Origin: Desulfomonilia bacterium
GTDB taxonomy: Bacteria; Desulfobacterota; Desulfomonilia; UBA1062
NCBI GenBank assembly: GCA_963664325.2
Contig: CAXXDQ010000004.1
Coordinates: 64,001 to 128,000, forward strand
DNA length: 64,000 nucleotides
Direction: 5' to 3'
The translations under genes were made by a program, and so were the position numbers. Positions 31,083 through 41,700 of the stretch are shown piece after piece. Position 1 is the stretch's first letter, and each line of letters begins with the position of its first letter. The notes under the pieces were generated by a model, which was not told the DNA's origin, made no database searches, and was given only the letters and a program-made list of their open reading frames with translations.

Positions 31083-31991
31083 TTATATAAGGCTCGTGCT
31101 GAAATACCTTTCTGCCCTGTCAGCAAGTATTGTAGCTATAACCGTTTGATTTCCATATTTATTTGCCATTTGCATTGCTGCCCAGACATTTGCACCGGAA
31201 GAAGTTCCGACAAGAAGGCCTGATTTTCTTGCAAGCATGCGTGACGTTTCAACTGCATCATCGTCCTCGACCTCAATAACCTCGTCAACAATTGATGTAT
31301 CAAGAACAGGAGGTATGAATCCGTCACCTATGCCTTCAATTCTGTGAAGTCCCGGCTCATGACCCAGAAGGGCGGATACGTTCTTCGGCTCAACCGCAAC
31401 GATCCTGGTTGCAGGATTCCTTTCTTTCAAAAACTTCCCCACTCCCTGGAGTGTACCGCCACTTCCAAGGCCTGACACGAATATGTCCACATTCCGTCCA
31501 AGTTGCATCCATATCTCAGGCCCTGTTGTTATATAATGGGCAAGCGGGTTTGCCGGATTTTCAAACTGATTTGGTATAAAGACATTTCCGTATGTTTCTT
31601 TAATTTCATTAACTTTCCTTATGGCACCTTCAACGCTTTCATCTGCAGGCGTCAGGATAAGATCGGCACCCAGGGCACATATAATTTTTCTCCTCTCTAT
31701 ACTCATGTTTTCAGGCATGGCAATTATTACCTTGAATCCCATCAATCCCCCGACCAGCGAAATGCCAATGCCCGTATTGCCTGATGTAGGTTCGGCAATA
31801 ATGGTACCTTCATCAAGTATTCCCTTTTTGAGTGCATCATCAATCATGAAAAGAGCTATCCTGTCTTTGATGCTTCCGCCAGGATTTAAGTACTCGGCTT
31901 TTGCAAATATATTCGCTCCTGTTGAGGATGTAAGCCTAACAATCGGCGTGTTTCCTATCTGTTCGAGAACTCCGTTTGAGAACATAAGCAA
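31083..31991 (-). CDS. cysK: Cysteine synthase (O-acetylserine sulfhydrylase)
   Basis: NPGGSIKDR, PTSGNTG, NQFEN, GSGGT, IEGIG. Confidence 0.93.
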   Translation of the reverse strand: MLMFSNGVLEQIGNTPIVRLTSSTGANIFAKAEYLNPGGSIKDRIALFMIDDALKKGILDEGTIIAEPTSGNTGIGISLVGGLMGFKVIIAMPENMSIERRKIICALGADLILTPADESVEGAIRKVNEIKETYGNVFIPNQFENPANPLAHYITTGPEIWMQLGRNVDIFVSGLGSGGTLQGVGKFLKERNPATRIVAVEPKNVSALLGHEPGLHRIEGIGDGFIPPVLDTSIVDEVIEVEDDDAVETSRMLARKSGLLVGTSSGANVWAAMQMANKYGNQTVIATILADRAERYFSTSLI

Positions 31992-32002
31992 TCTCTCCAG
32001 TC

Positions 32003-32842
32003 TTATAATATTCGTTTAAAATCCAGCTGATTCAAAATAAGTTCCAGGTTGTTTTCACCTATACCGCAGTCACCCAGTGATGCTCCCCTATCAGGTGTAT
32101 GAAAATCTGTTCCTCCTGTAAGTATAAGCCCTTCATCCAGGGCAATGGCCTTATATAATTTAGTCTGTTCCCGGGTATGTTCAGGGTAAAAGACTTCCAT
32201 GCCGTTTAATCCCGCTTTTTTCATGCTGATGACAAATCTTCTCAGATCGCCCTCTTTAAGTTCAAGGGTGAACGGGTGAGCCAGGACTGATATGCCCCCA
32301 TGTCGCTTGATAAGGGCTATCGCCTCTTCCCATGTGAGCTTTTCCTTTTCCACATAGGCAGGCTTTCCCTTTCCCAGATATTTGTCAAAAGCATCATCAA
32401 AATCCTTCGCATAGCCTTTTTTAATAAGGGCTTTTGCAATATGGGGTCTTCCTATCTGTGCATCACCGGCAATACGGTTGACTTCTTCAACGGTTACCTC
32501 AAGACCAATACTGTTAAGCCTTTCAATAATCCTGGGAAACCTGTCAAGCCTGCCTTTCTGTATTTTTTCCAGGTCACCTTCAAGACCCGATGGAAACTGG
32601 CCGAAATAGCCGAGCATATGGAGTGTTCCTGGGTCATATACTGCGCTTATTTCTATACCAGGAATCACTTTGACATTAAGTTCTTTGCCGGACTGCAGGC
32701 CTTCAGGAGCGCCTTTTGTAGTGTCATGGTCTGTAATGGCGACTGCCAGAAGCTCCCTTTCTCCGGCAAGTTTTACAATTTCTCCAGGACTCAGGTCACC
32801 ATCCGATGCCTTGGTGTGCACATGCAAATCCGCCTTGTCCAT
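32003..32842 (-). CDS. PHP-domain phosphoesterase (TrpH/YciV-like)
   Basis: DLHVHT..SDG, ITDHD, GRPHIA, LAHP, TGGTDFH. Confidence 0.92.
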   Translation of the reverse strand: MDKADLHVHTKASDGDLSPGEIVKLAGERELLAVAITDHDTTKGAPEGLQSGKELNVKVIPGIEISAVYDPGTLHMLGYFGQFPSGLEGDLEKIQKGRLDRFPRIIERLNSIGLEVTVEEVNRIAGDAQIGRPHIAKALIKKGYAKDFDDAFDKYLGKGKPAYVEKEKLTWEEAIALIKRHGGISVLAHPFTLELKEGDLRRFVISMKKAGLNGMEVFYPEHTREQTKLYKAIALDEGLILTGGTDFHTPDRGASLGDCGIGENNLELILNQLDFKRIL

Positions 32843-33220
32843 TTATTGCGCCTCTTTCTGGGATGCGTTCGCTTCCAGCACCTGAGCGATCTTTTTTTTC
32901 AGTTCGGACAGGTCGGCTGACTTTACAACATACGCATCTGCAGCAATAGCCTTGATATTGACTTTGAAGCTTCCATATGCACTGCACAGGATAACAGGCA
33001 GATTATAATATTTGTTCCTGATATGCTGCAAAACATCGAGTCCGTTGCTGTCTGCCAATTTTATATCGAGAAGGATGACATCGGGCTTTTCGTTTTCAAT
33101 CAGTTTATGGATGTCTTTCCCGTCAGGTGTTGTGACGACTTCATAACCGTCTTCCTTTAGTTCGTCTGAATATAATGTCCTGATGTGCTTCTCATCATCC
33201 ACAATAAGAACCTTAGCCAT
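32843..33220 (-). CDS. Single-domain response regulator
   Basis: IVDDE, LLDIKL, YVVKS. Confidence 0.92.
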   Translation of the reverse strand: MAKVLIVDDEKHIRTLYSDELKEDGYEVVTTPDGKDIHKLIENEKPDVILLDIKLADSNGLDVLQHIRNKYYNLPVILCSAYGSFKVNIKAIAADAYVVKSADLSELKKKIAQVLEANASQKEAQ

Positions 33221-33229
33221 TTCCCCCCC

Positions 33230-34447
33230 CTATTTCTTCCAGCGGTCGACCAGATACGGCTTTGTCTGCTCAAGCTGCAGGCAAATATCCTCAACAACAT
33301 CCTGGGCCTGTAAATTATTCATTGAGGTTGTTTTGTTCGCGTATGAAAGGACTGTGCCCTGGTACATTTTGAACAAAAGTTCCAGTGCCCTCGGTTTGTC
33401 ACAGGTCTTTTGACTAAACCTGATTGCAAAATCGAAAACAATCCTTGCCCAAAGGCTCGACGGCATTTCAAAGAAATCCATTTCGAGAGATGCAATCTCC
33501 CTCAGTTTCTGAAAATTTTCGCCAGACAGTGTTGCCCGGTATGCATCCCAGTTGTCGGAAAACCCGGTCTTAAACTTATGATACAGTATTTCCCTGTTAA
33601 CCATGATCTCCGGGGGCGTTAGTATTTCCCCCTCATCAAACCCGAATATGGCAGTAGGTTTGCTCCACTTTGCTACGGACCAGGATTTGCTGAATGGCTC
33701 CATCATTGAAAATACGGTTGAAACGGTCTGCCTGAAAAGGGGATTGATCTCCATGATGTAATCCCTGGCATGATGAATCTTAGGCGCTCCAAGATACACC
33801 TGGCATATCTGCATTCCCATGTTTATTGCAATTGTAGTCATCCACAAGTCAATGCCGAACTGGGATACGTCCTCGTTCCAGAGAGGGCTTTTCAGAACCT
33901 CTTTGACCATCTCTGAGGACACGCCGAATTCGCCTCCAACAGGCTGCTTCACCCTCCTGCCGTACAGACATCGCGTTAACGGATAGGTAAACAGCGAGCA
34001 CAAAAGGTCGTCATACTTATGCCTCATGTATAGCGATGTCACATATTCAAATCCATTGAGAAGCGGTTCAAGCAGCTTTTTTATCCACAGCGGAGAAATG
34101 TTTCTTATGTCCGAATCGATTATCACTATAGCCTTTGCATCAAGCGCCAAAGCCTTCTTGAAGAGGTTCCTGATATTGTTTCCCTTGCCCTTTATGCCAT
34201 CCGGTGTAGATATGCATATCTTCGGTATGGCGCCGGTTTCGGCATTCATGAAGGCCTTCATTGTGCCGTCCGTGCTGTTGTTGTCGCAATTTATAATCAC
34301 TGCTGATTTCCCTGAAAAATGCTCGCTCAGGGCAATCGCCGCCTGAACGGCAACGTTTGCTATTGTCCCGGCCTCGTTCAGGGAAGGCATCCCTACAATC
34401 AGTTCCGCCTTCTCAATGTTCGCTGGATTGTTTTCAAGTATTTTCAC
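33230..34447 (-). CDS. GT-A glycosyltransferase, glucosyl/mannosyl-glycerate synthase-like
   Basis: PSLNEAGTI, DNNSTDGT, GKGNN, DSD (DxD), RHKYD, QPVGGEF, FGIDLWMT. Confidence 0.75.
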   Translation of the reverse strand: MKILENNPANIEKAELIVGMPSLNEAGTIANVAVQAAIALSEHFSGKSAVIINCDNNSTDGTMKAFMNAETGAIPKICISTPDGIKGKGNNIRNLFKKALALDAKAIVIIDSDIRNISPLWIKKLLEPLLNGFEYVTSLYMRHKYDDLLCSLFTYPLTRCLYGRRVKQPVGGEFGVSSEMVKEVLKSPLWNEDVSQFGIDLWMTTIAINMGMQICQVYLGAPKIHHARDYIMEINPLFRQTVSTVFSMMEPFSKSWSVAKWSKPTAIFGFDEGEILTPPEIMVNREILYHKFKTGFSDNWDAYRATLSGENFQKLREIASLEMDFFEMPSSLWARIVFDFAIRFSQKTCDKPRALELLFKMYQGTVLSYANKTTSMNNLQAQDVVEDICLQLEQTKPYLVDRWKK

Positions 34448-34521
34448 CTGGAATCTCCAAAAATCCGATTATGTTTAGTATTTTGTGTAAACGTCAATAT
34501 AAATATCAATATGCGTTTTGA

Positions 34522-35349
34522 TCATCCTTTCAGCCTGGGATCAATGGCATCTCTGATGCCTTCTCCGAGAAGATTATAACCCAGTACTGTCATAAGTATT
34601 GCCATGCCGGGGAATACGGACATCCACCAGGCCACACCAAGGACTTCTTTCCCCTGTGTCAGCATATTCCCCCAGCTGGGTGTCGGCGGCTGAACCCCTA
34701 TCCCCAGGAATGACAGGGCGCTTTCCGTAAGAACCGCGCTTGCTATGCCCAGAGTTGCCGATACAAGTACAGGCGCCAGGGCATTGGGAAGTATGTGCAT
34801 GAAGATTATCCTAGGAGCGCTTGCACCTATCGCCCTCTCCGCCAGCACAAAATCACGCTCCTTAAGGCTTAAGAATTCAGCACGCACCAGCCTTGTTATG
34901 CCCATCCAAGAGGTGAGCCCGATAACCGCCATAATGTTGAAAATGCTCGGTTCCAGAAACGCTATTACCGATAGGATAAGGAAGAATGACGGAAAACAGA
35001 GCATTATATCAACAAGCCTCATGATGATCACATCAATCAGGCCTCCGTAATAACCTGATATCGCACCGAGAATTATACCGATGAAAACAGCAATGCCGAC
35101 CGCTACAAATCCAACCTTCAAGGAAATCCCTGCGCCGTAAACCATCCTGGAAAACACATCCCTTCCGAGATCGTCAGTGCCCAGGAGATGCCTGGCAGAT
35201 GGAGGTGAAAGGACATTATCGACATCGATTCTTCCGGGGTCATATGGCGCAATCGCTGATGCAAGTAAGGATAATCCAAAGAAAACAAAGACCACCACAA
35301 GACCTGCCATGGCCAGCTTGTCTCTGAAAAACCGTTTCCAGAATCCCAT
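34522..35349 (-). CDS. Peptide ABC transporter permease (OppC/DppC-like)
   Basis: LGTDDLGRD, HILPN, ESALSFLG. Confidence 0.93.
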   Translation of the reverse strand: MGFWKRFFRDKLAMAGLVVVFVFFGLSLLASAIAPYDPGRIDVDNVLSPPSARHLLGTDDLGRDVFSRMVYGAGISLKVGFVAVGIAVFIGIILGAISGYYGGLIDVIIMRLVDIMLCFPSFFLILSVIAFLEPSIFNIMAVIGLTSWMGITRLVRAEFLSLKERDFVLAERAIGASAPRIIFMHILPNALAPVLVSATLGIASAVLTESALSFLGIGVQPPTPSWGNMLTQGKEVLGVAWWMSVFPGMAILMTVLGYNLLGEGIRDAIDPRLKG

Positions 35350-36323
35350 TATTTCACCCTTATCCTCGGGTCTGCAATGCTGTATGCGATATCAGCCACA
35401 AGGTTCCCCAACAGCGTCAGGACGGCACCGATTGTCAGACTTCCCATTATCATGTTGTAGTCGCGCATCATTATTGCCTGGTAGAACAGCTGTCCCAGGC
35501 CAGGAATGGCGAATATGCTTTCGAATATGACGCTTCCGCCGATGAGTCCGGGAACCGACAAGCCCAGGATCGTTATGACAGGCAGCATGGCGTTTCTCAT
35601 GGCGTGCCTGTAAATGACCGCGAATTCGCTCAGGCCTTTTGCACGAGCAGTAAGGATATAGTCCTGCTTTACTATCTCGAGCATACTTGCCCGCATGTAA
35701 CGGCTGAGGCCTGCAAGAGAACCGAATGCCGATATGAAAACGGGCAGCATCAGGTGCTTTGTTACATCCCATATCTTTCCCGCCGTCCCGAGTTGTGAAA
35801 AATCCGGCGAGATAACACCCGATATCGGCAGCCAGCCCAACCTGACTCCAAAAAAGTCCATGCAGATAAGAGCAAGCCAGAAGCCGGGTATTGAAAATCC
35901 GATAAAGACAATCACTGTAACCGACCTGTCGTACAGGCTGCCACGCCTGACGGCGGAGAGAACACCGAGAGGTATTGCCAGCAGGAATTCCAGTATGAGT
36001 GCCAAAATATTAATATAGATCGTTATGGGCAGCCTTTCCTTGATTTTCTCCCAGACAGGCCTTTCATCCGATGATATTGACTTGCCGAAATCCAGCCTGG
36101 CGAAATTTTTCATCCAGAGCGCATACTGGACATAAACGGGTTTATCCAGCCCGTAATGCGTCTTCATGCGCTCTATGGCCTGTTTCGAAATGTCCGGGTT
36201 AAGCTCTGACTGCAATGCCGTCGGCTCCCCGGGCGCCAGGTGTATGACCGCAAAGCAGACGATTGTAATACCGATAAACGTGGGGATCAGGACCAGCAAC
36301 CGCTTCGAGAGGTATCTCAACAT
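35349..36323 (-). CDS. Peptide ABC transporter permease (OppB/DppB-like)
   Basis: LAPG, DFGKS, TARAKGL, RHAMRNA, DPRIR; start set to the ATG at 36323. Confidence 0.93.
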   Translation of the reverse strand: MLRYLSKRLLVLIPTFIGITIVCFAVIHLAPGEPTALQSELNPDISKQAIERMKTHYGLDKPVYVQYALWMKNFARLDFGKSISSDERPVWEKIKERLPITIYINILALILEFLLAIPLGVLSAVRRGSLYDRSVTVIVFIGFSIPGFWLALICMDFFGVRLGWLPISGVISPDFSQLGTAGKIWDVTKHLMLPVFISAFGSLAGLSRYMRASMLEIVKQDYILTARAKGLSEFAVIYRHAMRNAMLPVITILGLSVPGLIGGSVIFESIFAIPGLGQLFYQAIMMRDYNMIMGSLTIGAVLTLLGNLVADIAYSIADPRIRVK

Positions 36324-36324
36324 A

Positions 36325-37959
36325 TCACGGTACTGCCTGATACTTCTGCATGTCCCTGGGTACATACCATTTTATAAAATTATAAGAGATACCCGCAGGA
36401 GCAGGCTCAATCCCCTTGATCCTGGAGCTCACAATAGGCAGACTGTAAGGGACATAGAGGAAGACAAAGGGCAGTTCGTCCGCCAGTATCTCCTGAATCC
36501 TGTTATAGCAAGCCTTCCTTTTACCTTCATCAAATGTATGCCTGCCCGTATCAATTAGCCGGTCAACCTCGTCATTTTTGAAACTTGCCAGGTTGAGGCT
36601 TCCCGGGACAGCCTGGCTCGAATGCCATACTGCATAGCAGTCAGGGTCCTGCAGTATGTTGAAGCCCAGTATTATCGCATCGAAATTATACCTGTCGACA
36701 AACTCCTTGATAAATGATGTCCATTCGATGATCCTGATGTTTACCTTGATGCCCACCTTGCCGAGCCTCTGCTGGATTATCTGGGCGGCCTTTTCCCTGA
36801 GAGAGTTGCCCTGGTTGGTGATAAGGGTGATTTCAAAGGCCTTTCCGTTATTTTCAACAATCCCGTCTCCATTTGTATCCGTATAACCCGCCTGTCTGAG
36901 CAGCTGTGCTGACTTTGCCGGATCATAGGGGTATTTTTTAACTCCGGCGTTGTACCAGACTGTACCCGGTTTATAAGGCCCTGTCGCCTCCATCCCCAGG
37001 CCCATCAGCACACCCTTGATGATCTCGTTTTTGTCTATTGCATATGCTATCGCCTGTCTGACTTTTTTATCGTTGAACGGAGGCCTCCTCTGATTGAAAC
37101 CGAGATAGGTATAGGCGTCGGCAAGATATTTATATTTGGTATAGTCATTATTGAACTCCGGCGTATCGGTCTGCCTGATAAATTGAAGCGGCGTCAAATC
37201 CATCATATCTATATTTTGGGCCTTAAGTTCCATGAACTGTGTCGACTGGTCGGTAATGACCCGGTAAACCGTGCCCAAGAAATATGGCCTGCCCTCGAAA
37301 TATCTCTCGAACGCCTCAAGGACAATCCTGTCTCCCGTCTTCCAGCTTTTGAATTTATAGGGGCCTGTACCGACGGGTGATCTGGAAAGCTCGGTTGACG
37401 CTATATCACGGCCCTTCAGAAGGTGCTCGGGAAGCATTTCCAATCCCCAGCTGATAAGTCCGGGGGCAAACGGCTGATCGTAAACAACTTCAAAGGTATA
37501 GTCGTCAATGACCCTGGCGGACTTTACTTCCTTGTATTTTTCCGCATATGCGGTGGGTGTCTTGGGGTCGATGATAAGCTTGTAGGTAAACATGACATCC
37601 CTGGCTGTGAACGGCTGGCCGTCATGCCAGACAACGTCCTTCCTGAGATGGAAGACTATCGTTTTCCCGTCGTTTTTTATCTCCCAGCTCTCAGCAAGGT
37701 CAGGGATTATCTTGAAATTCTTATCGTATTTTACCAGCCCGTTATAGATGTTAGCCGCAACTTCATGGGAGGCCCCGTCCGTGGCAAGCATGGGAATGAG
37801 GTTGGATGCGTCCCCTATGGATGACTCCACAAAGACATCTCCGTATGCAGGCGTTCCTCCCCAAAGGACCCCCTTCTTCGGGCTATTGTTATTAGTCTTT
37901 GCGCATGCTAGGAAAAAAAAAGACATTATAATAAAAAGAATAATTATTTTCGCTTTCAT
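36325..37959 (-). CDS. Peptide ABC transporter substrate-binding lipoprotein
   Basis: Lipobox [40 protein letters not shown]. Confidence 0.93.
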   Translation of the reverse strand: MKAKIIILFIIMSFFFLACAKTNNNSPKKGVLWGGTPAYGDVFVESSIGDASNLIPMLATDGASHEVAANIYNGLVKYDKNFKIIPDLAESWEIKNDGKTIVFHLRKDVVWHDGQPFTARDVMFTYKLIIDPKTPTAYAEKYKEVKSARVIDDYTFEVVYDQPFAPGLISWGLEMLPEHLLKGRDIASTELSRSPVGTGPYKFKSWKTGDRIVLEAFERYFEGRPYFLGTVYRVITDQSTQFMELKAQNIDMMDLTPLQFIRQTDTPEFNNDYTKYKYLADAYTYLGFNQRRPPFNDKKVRQAIAYAIDKNEIIKGVLMGLGMEATGPYKPGTVWYNAGVKKYPYDPAKSAQLLRQAGYTDTNGDGIVENNGKAFEITLITNQGNSLREKAAQIIQQRLGKVGIKVNIRIIEWTSFIKEFVDRYNFDAIILGFNILQDPDCYAVWHSSQAVPGSLNLASFKNDEVDRLIDTGRHTFDEGKRKACYNRIQEILADELPFVFLYVPYSLPIVSSRIKGIEPAPAGISYNFIKWYVPRDMQKYQAVP

Positions 37960-38005
37960 GAAATTTAAAATATCATAAAGCCCCTTGGAGAAACAAGGTG
38001 ATTAG

Positions 38006-39292
38006 ATGAGACTTTTTGCTGACCTTCACATCCATTCCCGGTTTTCACGCGCGACCAGCAAGTCGCTCAACCTCAAAGCACTGGCGGCAGGAGCCATGAC
38101 AAAGGGAATAACGGTTATTGGTACTGGTGATTTTACCCACCCGGAATGGTTAGAAGAAATTGAGACTGAACTGAAAGATTCAGGCAACGGGTTTTTCTTT
38201 TACCCCGGCCAGGAAGAAATATCTTTTATGCTCACTGCTGAAGTCAGCACCATTTACAAGCAGGATGGCAAGGTTCGGAAAGTCCACCACCTGATAGGCG
38301 CTCCCGACATCAAAGCGGCAAAAAAGATCAGCCGCGCCCTGGCGAGGATAGGCAATATCAGATCGGACGGCAGGCCGATAATCGGTATGAGTTCGAGGAA
38401 TCTTCTTGACCTTGTGCTTACTGCAAGCACTGATGCGTTCATTATCCCCGCGCATATCTGGACACCGTGGTTTTCCGCGCTAGGTTCAAAATCGGGGTTT
38501 GATTCGATTTCAGATTGCTACCTCGACCTTGCGGAATATGTCTTTGCATGCGAGACAGGACTTTCATCCGACCCTCCCATGAACCGAATGGTGAAAGGTC
38601 TTGATGATTATTTTCTTGTCTCAAACTCGGATGCCCATTCAACGGACAAGCTCGGCCGTGAGGCCACGATCTTTGAATGCAAACCAGGCTATTTCGAAAT
38701 ACTGAATGCAATGAAAACCGGAGCCGGCCTTGCAGGTACAATCGAATTTTTCCCCGAAGAAGGCAAATACCACCTCGACGGCCACCGGGACTGCGGCGTG
38801 GTTCTGGAGCCGGAACAGACCAAAAGACTTAAAGGCCGTTGTCCTGTCTGCGGCAAGCCGCTCACAATAGGCGTCCAATACCGTGTTTACGAGCTTTCCG
38901 ACAGGTTTGAAGGCATATCCCCGAAAGCAAGGCCGTTCAGTTATGCCGTTCCTTTAAAAGAACTGCTTGGAGAATGCCTCGAGGTCGGGTCTGCATCTGT
39001 AAAGGTTGAGAGGCTTTATGAATCCCTGACAGGAAAACTCGGGCCTGAACTTAACATCCTGCTGGATGTCCCACTTGAAGATATAGGCAAGGCGGCAGAC
39101 GATAAGTTGCGAAGGGCCATTTCCAATATGCGTACGGGCAGGGTATGCAAAAAGCCCGGTTATGACGGAGTTTTCGGCGTTATAAGCGTGCTTGAGGATG
39201 TTGCCGTCCATACGCAGGAAATCAAACATGAACCGGCATCAATTAATGATGAAATTTCCAATCGCCGAAAAGAACAGTTAACACTCTTCTAG
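38006..39292 (+). CDS. Endonuclease Q family protein (PHP + Zn finger)
   Basis: ADLHIHSRFSRATS, GTGDFTHP, PAHIWTPW, SNSDAHS, GKYHLDGHRDC..CPVCG, PGYDG. Confidence 0.9.
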   Translation: MRLFADLHIHSRFSRATSKSLNLKALAAGAMTKGITVIGTGDFTHPEWLEEIETELKDSGNGFFFYPGQEEISFMLTAEVSTIYKQDGKVRKVHHLIGAPDIKAAKKISRALARIGNIRSDGRPIIGMSSRNLLDLVLTASTDAFIIPAHIWTPWFSALGSKSGFDSISDCYLDLAEYVFACETGLSSDPPMNRMVKGLDDYFLVSNSDAHSTDKLGREATIFECKPGYFEILNAMKTGAGLAGTIEFFPEEGKYHLDGHRDCGVVLEPEQTKRLKGRCPVCGKPLTIGVQYRVYELSDRFEGISPKARPFSYAVPLKELLGECLEVGSASVKVERLYESLTGKLGPELNILLDVPLEDIGKAADDKLRRAISNMRTGRVCKKPGYDGVFGVISVLEDVAVHTQEIKHEPASINDEISNRRKEQLTLF

Positions 39293-39304
39293 TCGAGGGG
39301 GCTG

Positions 39305-40543
39305 ATGGAGAATTTGTTATATCTTATCCCGCTTGTGATTCTCTTGATAATCGGAGCACTGACGTCTGCCAGTGAAACGGCGCTTATGCGTGTAAAAAGG
39401 GTGAGAATCCGCCATATGGCCGAAGAAGGCAATGCCGCCGCCGCAAGGCTCAATAATATCCTGAAGGAGCCGGACAGGCTTTTAAGCACGCTCCTGCTGC
39501 TCAATAATTTTGTCAATATCCTCAATTCCGCCCTGGCTACGGTCGTCCTTGTCGCAATGTTCGGCAATAAAGGCATTTTTTATGCAACCGCAATCATGAC
39601 ATTCATGGTCCTTGTATTCGGTGAGATAACACCCAAAATCATTGCCGCCTACAGGGCCGACGACATGGCGCTTCTTGTCGCAAACCCGATGAAGTGGCTG
39701 ATAATTGCATTAAAGCCATTAGTATTCATGCTCAACTTCGTATCTATGGGAATTGCAAAGCTCTTTGGCGTCAATCCTGAATTTCATGGACAGAGCATAA
39801 CGGAAGAAGACATCGGTTCAGCCATTTATGTCGGACATAAAGACGGTGTCATAACCGAACCGAAGGCAAAAATGCTGATGAATGTCATTGATATTGATAC
39901 TGTTCCGGTGCGCAAGGCCCTGATACCGCTGAGTGATGTAGTCTGTCTTCCCGTTAACACTTCCCTTGATGATATCATAAGGATTGTTACAGCCGAAGAA
40001 TACGCCCGCTACCCTGTTTATGAAGGCACGGTAGACAATATTATCGGTTATTTCCACACCAGGGATGCTTGGAGATATTTTGGGGATAAAAATGCTTTTT
40101 TATTAAAAGACTCCTTAAGGGAAGCTTATTTTATCCCTGAGACCAAGTCAATATCAAGACAGCTAATAGACTTTCAGAAAACACGCAGCCACCTGGCTTT
40201 TGTAGTTGATGAATTCGGCACGGTAAAGGGTATCGTCACACTCGAAGATATCATAGAGGAGATAACAGGCGATATCTCGGACGAGCATGACCAGCCTGTG
40301 GAAGGGATCATGCATGTCGGCCAGCATACGTATATAGTAAACGGAAGCACGCCGCTGAGGGATCTCGAACGTATAATCGACCGCGATTTTCCTGAGGATG
40401 TGGATACCGTAGCCGGCCTGATATATTCACAGCTGGACAGAATACCACGTGAAGGCGAATACATAGAATGGCAGAAATTGCGCCTGGGCATAGAACACAT
40501 GCACGGCAACAGGATAGTAAAAGTCAAAATTACGGTCGGATGA
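39305..40543 (+). CDS. CNNM/CorC-HlyC family CBS-domain membrane protein
   Basis: SASETAL, LVFGEITPK, RYPVY, VVDEFG, TLEDIIEEI. Confidence 0.92.
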   Translation: MENLLYLIPLVILLIIGALTSASETALMRVKRVRIRHMAEEGNAAAARLNNILKEPDRLLSTLLLLNNFVNILNSALATVVLVAMFGNKGIFYATAIMTFMVLVFGEITPKIIAAYRADDMALLVANPMKWLIIALKPLVFMLNFVSMGIAKLFGVNPEFHGQSITEEDIGSAIYVGHKDGVITEPKAKMLMNVIDIDTVPVRKALIPLSDVVCLPVNTSLDDIIRIVTAEEYARYPVYEGTVDNIIGYFHTRDAWRYFGDKNAFLLKDSLREAYFIPETKSISRQLIDFQKTRSHLAFVVDEFGTVKGIVTLEDIIEEITGDISDEHDQPVEGIMHVGQHTYIVNGSTPLRDLERIIDRDFPEDVDTVAGLIYSQLDRIPREGEYIEWQKLRLGIEHMHGNRIVKVKITVG

Positions 40544-40652
40544 TGTTTATATGTTTTTTACCCTTGATTAAAATTAAATGAAATGGCAATTATTTAAACT
40601 TGCACTTCGGTGCATGATGATAAAACAGGAAAGATCATATTAGGGAGTTTAT

Positions 40653-41654
40653 ATGGAAAAGAAATCCTCAGAAAACAGCAGTGCAGATAAAAAAGGCACC
40701 TGGCTGACCTACAGGCCGGATATAAAGGTCCTTGACTGCACAATCCGAGACGGCGGCCTCATCAACAACTGCAACTTTGATGACGACTTCGTAAAAGCAA
40801 TATATGATACCTGTGTTGCCGCAGGCATCGACTATATGGAAATCGGCTACAAGGGTTCAAGAAAGATTTATTCCCCGTCCGAGTTCGGCACATGGAAATT
40901 CTGCAGCGAAGAGGATGTGAGGCGCATTGTCGGTGACAATGATACGGACATGAAGCTTTCTATCATGGCTGACGCCGAGCGCACGGATTACCATGAAGAC
41001 ATTCCCCAGAAATCTCAGAGCGTAATTGACATGTACCGGATTGCGACATACATTCACCAGGTTCCGACAGCCCTGGACATGGTAAAGGCCATAAACGACA
41101 AAGGCTATGAGACTACCCTTAACCTCATGGCAATCTCGGTGGTAAGAGAGCATGAGCTTGATGAGGCCCTGGAGATAATTGCCCAGAGTGAAGTCAAGGT
41201 CATCTACCTCGTAGACAGTTTCGGCGCACTCTATTCGGAAGACATACAGGACCTTACCCGCAAATATCTCAAATATGCCTGGGCCTCGGGCAAACAGGTC
41301 GGCATCCACACGCACAACAACCAGCAGCTTGCCTATGCAAACACAATCGAGGCGCTTATATTAGGCGCAAGCTTCCTTGATGCAACAGTTGCGGGTCTGG
41401 GCCGGGGAGCCGGCAACTGTCCGATAGAACTTCTGCTCGGTTTTCTGAAAAATCCAAAATTTCATCAAAGGCCTCTTATAAAGTGCATACAGGATCATAT
41501 CGTACCGCTGAGGCAGAAAATATCCTGGGGCTTTGACATCCCTTATATGATCACCGGCCAGCTTAATATCCACCCGCGCTCGGCCATGAGCTTCCTTGAC
41601 AATAACCGCACCGATTATGTTTCATTCTATGACGAGTCGATAGAGGAAGAATAA
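40653..41654 (+). CDS. DRE-TIM metallolyase (HMGL-like aldolase catalytic domain)
   Basis: LDCTIRDGG, VDSFG, GIHTHNN, GLGRGAGNCPIE. Confidence 0.85.
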   Translation: MEKKSSENSSADKKGTWLTYRPDIKVLDCTIRDGGLINNCNFDDDFVKAIYDTCVAAGIDYMEIGYKGSRKIYSPSEFGTWKFCSEEDVRRIVGDNDTDMKLSIMADAERTDYHEDIPQKSQSVIDMYRIATYIHQVPTALDMVKAINDKGYETTLNLMAISVVREHELDEALEIIAQSEVKVIYLVDSFGALYSEDIQDLTRKYLKYAWASGKQVGIHTHNNQQLAYANTIEALILGASFLDATVAGLGRGAGNCPIELLLGFLKNPKFHQRPLIKCIQDHIVPLRQKISWGFDIPYMITGQLNIHPRSAMSFLDNNRTDYVSFYDESIEEE

Positions 41655-41665
41655 CCTGCCATGAC

Positions 41666-41691
41666 GGGCAACCCGCATGGCCGGGTTGCCC
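41666..41691. terminator. GC-rich hairpin between convergent genes
   Basis: GGGCAACCCG-N6-CGGGTTGCCC. Confidence 0.55.
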
Positions 41692-41700
41692 CGGTCTGAT

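Noticed and set aside
34522-37959. Peptide ABC transporter lacking ATPase genes
   Set aside because: Split opp/dpp loci are common, and the ATPases are probably encoded elsewhere.
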